Shown piece after piece: positions 30,836 through 40,193 of a stretch of 64,000 nt of DNA (the stretch's first letter is position 1; every line of letters starts with the position of its first letter). The DNA comes from an uncultured Fibrobacterota bacterium (GTDB taxonomy: Bacteria > Fibrobacterota > Chitinivibrionia > Chitinivibrionales > FEN-1185). Below the pieces are notes generated by a model. It was given only the letters and a program-made list of their open reading frames with translations, was not told where the DNA came from and did not search any database. The stretch is from positions 32,001 to 96,000 of the forward strand of contig CAVWBU010000035.1 of assembly GCA_963753345.1 (NCBI GenBank), read 5' to 3'. The position numbers and the translations under genes were made by a program.

Positions 30836-33016
30836 CTATCGCGATAGCGAAGGGACGGCTGGTAGTGTTCTCTTGTTAATTATCTCAAGAACGGGCTGAC
30901 CCTTTTGATCGTACTGCTTTCGCACGGTCTTCCACTGTTCAGGAAGGTCCCTTTCTCCTGTTCTCATCCATCCGAAAAACGCAAGCGGAACAAGCCCGTT
31001 CCATCCATTCGATTGTAAATTTCTGTTCCATCCGGTGAAAATAAGACCATCACACGAGCCGGCGTTCGTAGGACTTTGCACGATGTCGCACCAGGAACGC
31101 GCGCATTCTATTTCGTGCCTGATATGCCATGCATCCGAATCGAGAAGGTTGTCGATTGCCCGAAGGTCTTGAAGGGTGCCGTCCGTGGCGTAACAGACCG
31201 CGAAGTGGAAGCTGTTCATTGTGCAAAAGGAAATTGATGTCTGTATTTCGGCCGTATTTTTCACCATGAACGTACCGGGTTTTTCATGGCTCGGCATGTA
31301 ATCGTACACCCAAATGATCGGAATAATATTTTGCGGGCCGATAGTTTCCCTAAGGTAGCAAAGTGCGGAGGCGTCTTCATTTTTTTCAGCATAGTAGAAA
31401 TATCCCTCTCCAAAGGGCAGAATCATATCGGCCCAGAATACAATGGTGGTGCGGGATACGGAAGTGTCGCTTCCGTGGAATATCGCCCGGTATCTTTCTA
31501 TATTTTTTTTCATTATGGCACTATAATACTGGCCATTTGATAATGAATTATAAAACGTATTGTTAAGACCTTTCATGGAAACAGCGTCTTTTCTATACAC
31601 AAACACTTCATCACCGCCTAAAAGGAAATAGTCGGGTTCCTTATTGTCTAACCCCTGTTTAATAATTGTCAGCATTTCCTGTGCAATGAGATCCGAAGCG
31701 GGCGATAGCGGGTCGAGGGGCCATCTGGTGCAAGGTGCTCCGATACCCTCGTGTAAGGGTATAAAATGCCCTCGCATTCTTTGTAACTTTCCCTTAGGTT
31801 TTTTCTGATTAAGGTATGCCTGCATGATGAGGGGTGAGTCTGTTACGGTCTTTTGCATGTCTTTATCGCATATGTAGATTAATGTTGTGGACATATATTT
31901 TTCAAAAGGAAACAGGGAACAATACGTTACGAACTGCGGTGATTTTTCCCACTCCGGATAGGCCAACTCCTTAAGAGGGTCTAGCATGGTAACGCTGAAT
32001 TTTGAACACCTGATTTCGGAAGGAGGTTTTCTGAACCCCTGGCCGGTTTGGAGGATAAACTCCCATCGGAGTCTTTTATTGAATGTGTATCCACCCGCAC
32101 CGAAAGGAAATTCATTATCGATCCAGACCGAATCAACCAATACAAGCTGTGACAGATAAGAGGTGGTTTCTCCCATCGTCTCTTTCTGTATATCGTAGCA
32201 ACCTGGGGCGGTTTGTCTGATGATTTCATAAGATGTGCTGGCTGCTTCAACCCAATTATTATGGGGATTGATGGCCCTGCCAATAGGAACGATTGCGGGA
32301 TCGGGTTTTGAGCCGTCCGAAAATTCCCTGTAAATGACAGCCTTGATAATGTCTCCTGGTTGTACATTGGCCAATTCTACGGTGGTACTGAATTCGTAAC
32401 ACTGTCCATTCCGGACGGCTGTATCGCTTATGCCTGTCGTGATGGATGTTGCCTGAAGAGCGTAAGGCCGGTATACGGAGATTGCTGCGGCCGTAAAATC
32501 CTGGTTCCATGTATATGAACCGCAGGGCTGCGATGACCAGCCTGCCGGCTGTTTCGGCAACCGGCGGTACACGTTGTGCCCGATTAGAGAAATATCGTAT
32601 GCAACGTCCCTGTACTCCGATGCCCGCGCCCGTTCGCTGATTGAACACGCTCCTTTGTTCCATCCCCATTCAGCATAAAAAGGACAAAATGCCAGCCCGA
32701 AAGACTCAACCCGTTTCTTTTCATTTCTTATATAGGCAATCAATTCCGTGCGTGAGGGTTCCTTCATTTTCCATTGCCGGGGATTTGTCTTGTCCCACTC
32801 GCCGAAGCAAGGAGGAATGCCTTCGAAAACGGTGTTATACCCAAGTTGTTTGAAAAAATGTAATCCTGTATCGCTGTTATCCAACGTGCTGTCGTCCTGG
32901 AAATGATTGCTATTGAGATATATTGCACGCAATTGCTGTTTAGCGGCAAAAGCAGTGCCAACACTACTCGACGAAATAATGGCCAAAGCGATTATTGATC
33001 TTAATGGCGTCATCAT
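30836..33016 (-). CDS. Secreted hypothetical protein, GH20-like glycoside hydrolase features
   Basis: Signal peptide at MMTPLRS...; LGYNTVF, FLLGGDEV, FWADM and WVYDY resemble the GH20 barrel pattern. Confidence 0.6.
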   Translation of the reverse strand: MMTPLRSIIALAIISSSSVGTAFAAKQQLRAIYLNSNHFQDDSTLDNSDTGLHFFKQLGYNTVFEGIPPCFGEWDKTNPRQWKMKEPSRTELIAYIRNEKKRVESFGLAFCPFYAEWGWNKGACSISERARASEYRDVAYDISLIGHNVYRRLPKQPAGWSSQPCGSYTWNQDFTAAAISVYRPYALQATSITTGISDTAVRNGQCYEFSTTVELANVQPGDIIKAVIYREFSDGSKPDPAIVPIGRAINPHNNWVEAASTSYEIIRQTAPGCYDIQKETMGETTSYLSQLVLVDSVWIDNEFPFGAGGYTFNKRLRWEFILQTGQGFRKPPSEIRCSKFSVTMLDPLKELAYPEWEKSPQFVTYCSLFPFEKYMSTTLIYICDKDMQKTVTDSPLIMQAYLNQKKPKGKLQRMRGHFIPLHEGIGAPCTRWPLDPLSPASDLIAQEMLTIIKQGLDNKEPDYFLLGGDEVFVYRKDAVSMKGLNNTFYNSLSNGQYYSAIMKKNIERYRAIFHGSDTSVSRTTIVFWADMILPFGEGYFYYAEKNEDASALCYLRETIGPQNIIPIIWVYDYMPSHEKPGTFMVKNTAEIQTSISFCTMNSFHFAVCYATDGTLQDLRAIDNLLDSDAWHIRHEIECARSWCDIVQSPTNAGSCDGLIFTGWNRNLQSNGWNGLVPLAFFGWMRTGERDLPEQWKTVRKQYDQKGQPVLEIINKRTLPAVPSLSR

Positions 33017-33537
33017 AACTCGTTCGTAATGAATGCGCAGGCCCACGAGGTCGTAGACACTGCTGGCAGCACTCGTCTGGACAGCAAAGTACGAATACAC
33101 TGTGTCAAGAGCGAGTCTTTTGCTCTTTGCATTGCAAAACAAGGCTGCGTCGAACCCGCATTCCCGGATGGACGGCGCCTGTGGTCGATGCAGCGGGACG
33201 AATTGAATGAACACATAAGAGGCACAATATGCTTGCAATGGAAAATAACACTAATCCTTTCATAAGACTGTTGCTCATGATCAATAGCTACCGTCGTCTT
33301 TTGGAAAGGTTGAATTCCTTCCCATGCCTGATAATATAGCTCATTCTGGCGGTTTTGTTACGGGCCGATACTGCCGTAGTATGTCCCGAACGGCACCCGG
33401 ACATGCCGCATAAAAAGGAGAGCCCTGCCACAGCACGCCGGTATTTATTTTACCATGAAACCGGAGTTTGGGCGGTGAAAAGGCCGGCGACAAATCTGGT
33501 GCTTGGTGACCCTCCTTTATTGCTTTAGGGGAACACA

Positions 33538-33906
33538 ATGTTCGAAATCTCCACCGAAGGCGGTTTTTCCGCCGCACACCATCTCAACCGCTACGATGGA
33601 CCGTGCGAGAACGTGCACGGCCACAACTGGCAGGTGCGCGCGGTTGTCGGGTGCGAAACCCTCAACGCACTCGGCATCGGCATGGACTTTCGGACCCTTC
33701 GAGCCTCGCTCGCCGACATCCTCAAGGAACTCGACCATACCGACCTCAACACTATTTTTGACGCCAAGAAGCAGAACCCCTCGTCGGAGAACTGCGCGCG
33801 GTACATTTTCGAGAAACTGGAAATCGCGCTTGCAAAGGAAGCCTGCCGCGTGCTCCGCATCGAGGTGACCGAAACTCCCGGCAACACCGCCGCCTACTTC
33901 CGGTGA
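33538..33906 (+). CDS. queD: 6-carboxytetrahydropterin synthase
   Basis: FSAAHHL, CENVHGHNW, LDH..LN, NPSSEN, ETP. Confidence 0.95.
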   Translation: MFEISTEGGFSAAHHLNRYDGPCENVHGHNWQVRAVVGCETLNALGIGMDFRTLRASLADILKELDHTDLNTIFDAKKQNPSSENCARYIFEKLEIALAKEACRVLRIEVTETPGNTAAYFR

Positions 33907-33909
33907 CGC

Positions 33910-34549
33910 ATGCTTACCGTGTGCGAAATGTTCACCAGCATCCAGGGCGAATCGACCTTTGCGGGCGAAGTGTGCGCGTTTGTCCGGCTTTCCGGATGCA
34001 ACCTCGCGTGCTCCTACTGCGACACCGCCTATGCCCGCGAGCCGGGGACTTCGGTGAGCGTTGACGAGGCGTGCGCCTGGGCTGCGGCGGCAGAGTACAC
34101 GACTGGTGGAGATTACGGGCGGGGAACCGCTCTTGCAGGAAGACGCCGGCGAGCTTGCCCGCTGCCTCTGCGACGACGGCCTTACCGTGCTTGTCGAAAC
34201 CAACGGATCGCTGGATATTTCGTGCCTGCCCGAGCCGTGCGTGCGTGTCGTGGATGTCAAGTGCCCGGGAAGCGGCGCCGGCGGATCGTTCCTCCTGTCA
34301 AATCTGAACGAGCTCGGTCCCCGCGACGAATGCAAGTTTGTTCTTTCCAGCCGCGCGGATTTCGAATGGGCGCGCGATTTTGTCGCGCAGCACCGGCTTT
34401 CCGGCAGGTGCACGGTCATTTTCTCTCCTGCATGGAACATTCTTCCGGCCAAAGACCTGGCGGCATGGATGCTTGAAGACAGAACCGGCGCGCGACTCGG
34501 CCTGCAATTGCAGAAGTATATCTGGCCCGGCGGCGAACAAGGACGGTGA
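33910..34549 (+). CDS. queE: 7-carboxy-7-deazaguanine synthase (radical SAM), frameshift near 34080-34095
   Basis: [16 protein letters not shown] in one frame; [28 protein letters not shown] in the next. Confidence 0.88.
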
Positions 34550-34550
34550 C

Positions 34551-35254
34551 ATGCGAAAGAAAGCCGTTGTTCTTCTCAGCGGCGGCCTTGACTCGGCCAC
34601 GTGTTGCGCCATTGCGGTCGGCGAGGGCTTCCGGGTGCATGCGCTCAGCTTCGACTACGGTCAGCGCCACCGGCAGGAGCTTGGTGCGGCGCGGCGCGTA
34701 GCGAGGTTCTTCTCTGTCAAGGAGCACCGGGTCATCGCCATCGACGGCTCGGTGTTTGCAGGCAGCGCCCTCACCTCCGGTCCACGAGTCCCGAAAAACC
34801 GGACCGCCCGGCAGATCGGCTCCGGAATCCCCGGCACCTATGTTCCGGCCCGCAACACTATTTTCCTTTCGTATGCGGTTGCCTATGCAGAGATCATCGG
34901 CAGCAGCGACATCTTCATCGGGGTCAATGCCCTCGACTATTCCGGCTATCCCGATTGCCGGCCCGAGTTTATCGCAGCGTTCGAGGCCATGGCCAATTCG
35001 CTACAAAGGCCGCTGTTCAGGGGAGAAGGCTCAATGTGCACGCTCCGCTTGTGAATATGACAAAGGCTCAAATTATCCTGAAAGGCACGGCGCTCGGCGT
35101 GGATTACTCCATCACCCACAGTTGCTACGATCCGCTCCCTTCGGGCGCCGCGTGCGGCGTCTGCGACAGCTGCATACTGCGGATGAAGGGGTTTTTGGAG
35201 GCCGGCGTGGAGGACCCCACGCGGTATGGGACAAAGTCCGCAAGGCGAAGATAG
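34551..35254 (+). CDS. queC: 7-cyano-7-deazaguanine synthase, frameshift near 34996
   Basis: [27 protein letters not shown]; then SCY...CGVCDSC..R in the shifted frame. Confidence 0.9.
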
Positions 35255-35407
35255 AGGATGATGGAGAAGGTTTCGGTGATTTTCGGGCTGGTTATTACAC
35301 AGCCGGCGACAGTTGCGATTTTGATTCAACCTTCCTAACTACTATTTTCATTAGAGAGTCGTCAATACCCATAGAACCTGGTTGTGCCAAACTCAAAGGA
35401 GGTCATC

Positions 35408-36031
35408 ATGAAATCTTCACGCGTTCTTCTTCTCGTTGTCGCCGCTGCACTTGTGTGCACAGTACCGGCAGGCGCCAAGTCTTTGCTGGAAAAGTCGATT
35501 TACTTTGTCAACCCGCAGAGCGGAAAGATCGACAGCACCAAGTACTGGAAGATATATATCGGCAAGTACCCGTCGATCACGCTGGTGCGGAAGTTCCCGG
35601 GAGAGGATTCCCTTCCCGTCAACGCCGACATCAACCTTACGATGCTGTCGAGCGGCTATATCGAAGGCTACGGGTACACCCGCAAGGGCCGGGTGGACTG
35701 CATGGCCTGGTTCGTGATAGACACGGGGACCGGCGCCATCAAGCTCCCGGTGGACAGCATCGAATACATGTTCGCGGGCGGGACAACGGCAAAACCGCGG
35801 GGCATGAAGGCCTGCAGCGTCAACATCGACGTCGAAGGCAACAACGTCCAGGGCGTGAGGGAGATGCTGCTTACCAAATACAAACTCGTGGTCGACGCGG
35901 ACGAGCGCAATCTCAAACCGCAGGGCGACGTCAACATAGAATTGTTTGGGTTTTCCAAGGCGGCGTTTATGGCGGCCGAGAAGGCGCAGAAGGAAAGCGC
36001 TGCGGCACCAGCGCCTAAATCTGATAAATAA
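35408..36031 (+). CDS. Secreted hypothetical protein
   Basis: RBS AGGAGG, signal peptide, backbone-like codon usage; no family recognised. Confidence 0.8.
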   Translation: MKSSRVLLLVVAAALVCTVPAGAKSLLEKSIYFVNPQSGKIDSTKYWKIYIGKYPSITLVRKFPGEDSLPVNADINLTMLSSGYIEGYGYTRKGRVDCMAWFVIDTGTGAIKLPVDSIEYMFAGGTTAKPRGMKACSVNIDVEGNNVQGVREMLLTKYKLVVDADERNLKPQGDVNIELFGFSKAAFMAAEKAQKESAAAPAPKSDK

Positions 36032-36048
36032 ATTAAAATAAAAAAATC

Positions 36049-36300
36049 TGGGCGTTCCCCTCATGTGGGGTGCATTGCAATGCGCCCCACATGAGGGTCG
36101 GTCTCGCTCCGGGCTCGGCTATTCGCCTCGTTGCCGGACCGCCCCAATGGCCTTCGGCCGGGGCACCCCTTCGGGTGCTTCCAAGGGTCGTCGGCCGGCA
36201 CAAGGCAAGCGACATAATAACAAAGCGCGAAGCGCTATTACCATACCTTGGGGAACGAAGTGACAATGCGCTCTGGCGCACCCTCCGTTCCACCTAACGC
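36049..36300 (+). ncRNA. Structured intergenic element, copy 2 (Flavo-1-like)
   Basis: TGGGCGTTCCCC-TCATGTGGGGTGCATTGCAATGCGCCCCACATGA-GGGTCGG...CCTAACGC. Confidence 0.55.
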
Positions 36301-36402
36301 GCGGCAACGGGCATTTGCCGGAATTCTCGCTTTCCCATTGACAATCATGAATCATTCAAGGTTCGGTTTTCAATCCGCAACCAGAGTTGCACGTTTGGAA
36401 AT

Positions 36403-36448
36403 TCCTCCCCCTTGTTAAGGGGGAGGTGCCGAAGGCGGAGGGGGATTT
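36403..36448 (+). repeat. REP-like palindromic element
   Basis: CCTCCCCCTT-GTT-AAGGGGGAGG hairpin followed by TGCCGAAGGCGGAGGGGGAT. Confidence 0.55.
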
Positions 36449-36641
36449 TCCTACAGGAAGGCGTTGCGGAAACGTGACGCTCGCAATGCGCAAGCGTTGC
36501 GCCCGGCGCACGTTTCCGCTGGAAAGGGTGTGGGTGCAGATCACCTCCCGCCAATTTGGCGGGAGGAAGCTGCACCCCAGGGGAAACCACGAAGTGGTGT
36601 CCCCGCCAAGAACTCGTGTATTTTTAATTGCGGCTTTTTAC

Positions 36642-38777
36642 CTACTTCGCCATATCCGGCGAATACAACGTCGCTTGATTTCTGCCGTGCTCCTTTGAAA
36701 AGTACAGCGCCTTATCGGCCGCGTCGATGAGCGGCTGCTGCGCCGTTGCCACGAGCGGCATGACCGCGCATCCGAGACTGATGGTGACGTGCAGCCGGTT
36801 GTCCTTGGAGACCACCGAATGCGCCTCAACGGTCCTCCTGATGCGTTCCGCGATCACCATGGCGCCCTCCGGCCCTGTTTCCGGAATGATAACCGCAAAC
36901 TCCTCGCCGCCGTAGCGCGCCGCTATGTCGTTGACGCGAATTGACTGCCTGATGCACGTTGAGATTTCCTTGAGGACAAGATCGCCCACGGGGTGGCCGT
37001 AGGTGTCGTTGAAGTTCTTGAAGTGGTCGATGTCCATAAGGAGAAGGGACAAAGGCCGGCGGTAGCGGCGCGAGCGCTCCACTTCCTTTGCAAGACACTC
37101 CTGGAACGTGCGGTGGTTGTTGAGCTGGGTGAGCCCGTCGGTAGTGGCGAGCGTCTCCATCTGCTGGTACAGTTGCGCTCTGGTGATGGCCACCGACGCG
37201 TTGCCGAGCAGCGTGGACAGATACTGCTCCGTTTCCCCTGCAAACTGGTTTTCCGCATCGCTTTCTATCGACAAAAGCCCGAGGATGTACTGCCTGTCGT
37301 CAAGAATCGGCATAATGATGAGCGACTGGAGTTGCGGGTTTGGCGGGTCGTTGGGCAGAAAACGGTAGTACTTTCCCTGGGAGGACTGGAAATATCCTAT
37401 GGTGACGGTTGTCCGCTTTGTGAAGGCGTAGGAGTACAATCCGGCGTTCATGGGGAATTGGAAGCCTTCGCTGATTTCCGGCGACGGCCCGGCGATCTTG
37501 TACACCGTGCCTTGCTCCTTCTGTTCGTCGAACGTCACAATCATCATGCGGGTGGCGGGCGTGAGCAGGCCGATCATCTTGAACAGAACATCGAACACCT
37601 GGTTGGTCCGCAGGGCGTTGATGAACTGCTGCGAGGCTTCGTAGAAGATCCGGAAGCTCTTCGCGGCCTTTTCCTGGTACATCCGCATGCGGAAGTTCGT
37701 GATGAGCGCAGCGGCCAGCACCGAAAACCTGCACAGCGCGTCCTTGTGGTGTTCCGTAAAGCTGTTCCTGTCGATGCTGTCCACGACAAGCGCGCCGAGA
37801 AGCTCGCGGGAATCGGACAGAATGGGCACCGCGAGCACCGAATTGATGGTCTGGCCGGCGGTGTAATACAGGAGGCTGTCCGGATACATGGACAGGTCGC
37901 CGGTCATAAAGGCGTTCCGCTCCACGCCCACCCGTCCCACTAGGCCCCTGCCGAGAGGAATCTCGAATCCAGGGATGATGGAAGGGTTCTTTGAGTGGAA
38001 CGAGTTGAGCACGAACGCATCTTTTGGTGCATCATACACGAAGCCGAGTGCGGAATAGGCCTTGAAGTTCCTGCTCATGAAATACACGACACTCGAAAGC
38101 AGCTCGTCGATGCCGGACTTGCCGTACTGCCCCGTGTCCGGTTCCGCCGAAAGCCCCTTGGTTGCGCCCGGAGCAGGCGGCACGGGGGGGCTTGACGCGG
38201 CGGCAGGAGTTGATTTCTGAGAGTCCTTACCGGCGTTTTTCAGCCGGACAAAGACAAACGGGATTATGCCCGAAAGGACCAGCCCGGCCATGGGCCCTGC
38301 AAGCGGCTTGGCGCGCTCAAAAATCAATTCCCGCAATTCCGCCGATTGGTACACGTCAAGGTAGCCAGCGGCATACAGCGACCAGAACTCGGCGCAGAAA
38401 ACGAACGCCATGACGGCAAGCCAGACCGGGACCGCGGCCTGCGACGCATACAGGAGTATTACGGCATAGTACGACATGAACAGCGGCGAAGCCGGATAGC
38501 CGTAGGTAGGGTTGTGCGAGGAGAAATGAACCGCGCATATCGCAAGAAAGCAGAGGCCGAACGCCGCGCCGATCCCGGAGAAGACGGGGCGGCCGGACAA
38601 CGCCCCGGCGATTGCCGAAATGATGCAGGAGAGGAGGATCAGGAAAAATCCCCAGGCGAGATACGGGACCTGCGAGCAGAACGGGTCCAGCATGCCGGAC
38701 GCCGCGACGCCGGCAAGGCATACAAAAGAAACGGCGAGGACCGGATCCCTGAGGTTTCTTTTCTTCTTCTTCAGCAT
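36642..38777 (-). CDS. Membrane-bound diguanylate cyclase with two GAF domains
   Basis: N-terminal TM helices, two GAF domains, TDGLTQLNN, DIDHFK..NDTYGH..GD, ARYGGEEF. Confidence 0.92.
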   Translation of the reverse strand: MLKKKKRNLRDPVLAVSFVCLAGVAASGMLDPFCSQVPYLAWGFFLILLSCIISAIAGALSGRPVFSGIGAAFGLCFLAICAVHFSSHNPTYGYPASPLFMSYYAVILLYASQAAVPVWLAVMAFVFCAEFWSLYAAGYLDVYQSAELRELIFERAKPLAGPMAGLVLSGIIPFVFVRLKNAGKDSQKSTPAAASSPPVPPAPGATKGLSAEPDTGQYGKSGIDELLSSVVYFMSRNFKAYSALGFVYDAPKDAFVLNSFHSKNPSIIPGFEIPLGRGLVGRVGVERNAFMTGDLSMYPDSLLYYTAGQTINSVLAVPILSDSRELLGALVVDSIDRNSFTEHHKDALCRFSVLAAALITNFRMRMYQEKAAKSFRIFYEASQQFINALRTNQVFDVLFKMIGLLTPATRMMIVTFDEQKEQGTVYKIAGPSPEISEGFQFPMNAGLYSYAFTKRTTVTIGYFQSSQGKYYRFLPNDPPNPQLQSLIIMPILDDRQYILGLLSIESDAENQFAGETEQYLSTLLGNASVAITRAQLYQQMETLATTDGLTQLNNHRTFQECLAKEVERSRRYRRPLSLLLMDIDHFKNFNDTYGHPVGDLVLKEISTCIRQSIRVNDIAARYGGEEFAVIIPETGPEGAMVIAERIRRTVEAHSVVSKDNRLHVTISLGCAVMPLVATAQQPLIDAADKALYFSKEHGRNQATLYSPDMAK

Positions 38778-38914
38778 GGGCGCCTGCGGCCACGGCTAAG
38801 ATTGAGATATCACTTGAGCGTGGAACATTCGTATTTTACTATTGTGAGACGCTGTTGTCAAAACCCGCGGGCCGCGGGTGGGGGTCCGAACATAAAACAA
38901 TGTACAATGACCGC

Positions 38915-40036
38915 ATGAGAAAATCAAAGCTTTTCGGCAGCTACAAATCATTTTTGTCAAGTATCCTGCCGGCGAAGACGCGGCTGTCATTCCTTGGACG
39001 CACCGTGGAGCGCAGATACCGCGCGCCGCAGATGGTTTTTCCGTTCGACATCGGCCCGTCGAGGAGGATTCTTATCATTCTTCCGGCCGACCCGCTCACG
39101 GCGCTCCACCAGCTCACCTGCGTCGCGTCGCTTTCGGCCTGCATCAAAGGCGCGCACATCGCGGTGGTGTGCGAGAAGCGGGTGACGCCGTTTTTCCGGG
39201 CGCTCAGCGGGATCGAGGAATTCATTGAATACGACCGGGAGGACCAGTACCTGTTTTCCCCGGCTTTTGACAGAATGGGAAAGAAGGTCCACGCCGGCAT
39301 GTACGACGTGTGCCTGATGCTGGACCCGGCACCCGATCTCGCGCTGCTCAACGTTGCCGGCCAGAGCGCGGCCGCGCTGCGTGTCGGGCTTTCGGGGGCA
39401 GGCGCCTACCCGTTTATCAACCTGCACGTGACGCCTGCAGCAGGCAGAAACCATCTTACCGACAGGGGAATTCTTCTCGCGTCGGTTCTCGGCGTCTCCC
39501 GGCGCGAAAGGCCCGGCTGGAGCGTGACAAATGAATCGGTGGGTGAGATGCGGACCATGCTTCGGGAACTGAATATCGACCCCGCCGCGCCGCTCGTAGG
39601 CATAGACGGCCCGTGTCTTGTCGACCGAATCGGGAAGAAATGGACGCAGTCTCTTGTGGATGCGCTTCGGGCCAAGCCGTGCGCGTGCTACTTTTTTGCC
39701 TGGGGACGGCCCGATGCCGATACTGCCGAGTGGATGGCGCGGCAGGGGCTTCCGGTATTAGCCGACCTTCCCGTTTCCCGCGCCGCGGCGCTCCTTGCCA
39801 TGTCGAAAATCGCGGTGGGGGGACGGGGCGTGATGTTCGAGCTGGCCAATCTGCTCCGCACGCCCGCGGTGGGCATGTTTGCGGAGGAAGAATTCGATGC
39901 GCTGTGCAGGGAATCCGATACGACCACGGGCCTGCGAATCCGGGACAGGCCCGACGAAGCCACAATCGCGTCGGTGGCGGGCATGGTTGACGCGCGCCTT
40001 GATGGGGCTCAAATATCAGCCTATTCTCATCCGTAG
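38915..40036 (+). CDS. Glycosyltransferase family 9-like (heptosyltransferase fold) protein
   Basis: RILIILP, YDVCLMLD, LRVG, AAALLA...LA...TP.VGMF pattern; diverged. Confidence 0.6.
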   Translation: MRKSKLFGSYKSFLSSILPAKTRLSFLGRTVERRYRAPQMVFPFDIGPSRRILIILPADPLTALHQLTCVASLSACIKGAHIAVVCEKRVTPFFRALSGIEEFIEYDREDQYLFSPAFDRMGKKVHAGMYDVCLMLDPAPDLALLNVAGQSAAALRVGLSGAGAYPFINLHVTPAAGRNHLTDRGILLASVLGVSRRERPGWSVTNESVGEMRTMLRELNIDPAAPLVGIDGPCLVDRIGKKWTQSLVDALRAKPCACYFFAWGRPDADTAEWMARQGLPVLADLPVSRAAALLAMSKIAVGGRGVMFELANLLRTPAVGMFAEEEFDALCRESDTTTGLRIRDRPDEATIASVAGMVDARLDGAQISAYSHP

Positions 40037-40193
40037 GATATTCAGATGTAGGAAACCGCTTCACCTTCAAGAGGTACGATTGGCGGTGCAGAAGATGCGG
40101 ATACTTGTGGAATTGCAGAAAATCGCGTTGACGGTGCGGCCGAACAAGGGGAAGAACGATACACGCAGAGTCTGGAGAATCTGAGATTTTTCC

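Noticed and set aside
20409-31200. DGR template/variable repeat pair (20409-20779 versus the gene 3' end 30831-31200)
   Set aside because: Mismatches involve all bases rather than template adenines, the copy is long, and no reverse transcriptase is present in the window.
33538-35254. queDEC as part of a 7-deazaguanine DNA-modification (dpd) defence system
   Set aside because: No dpdA/tgt-like or dpdB-K genes nearby; backbone-like composition fits tRNA queuosine synthesis.
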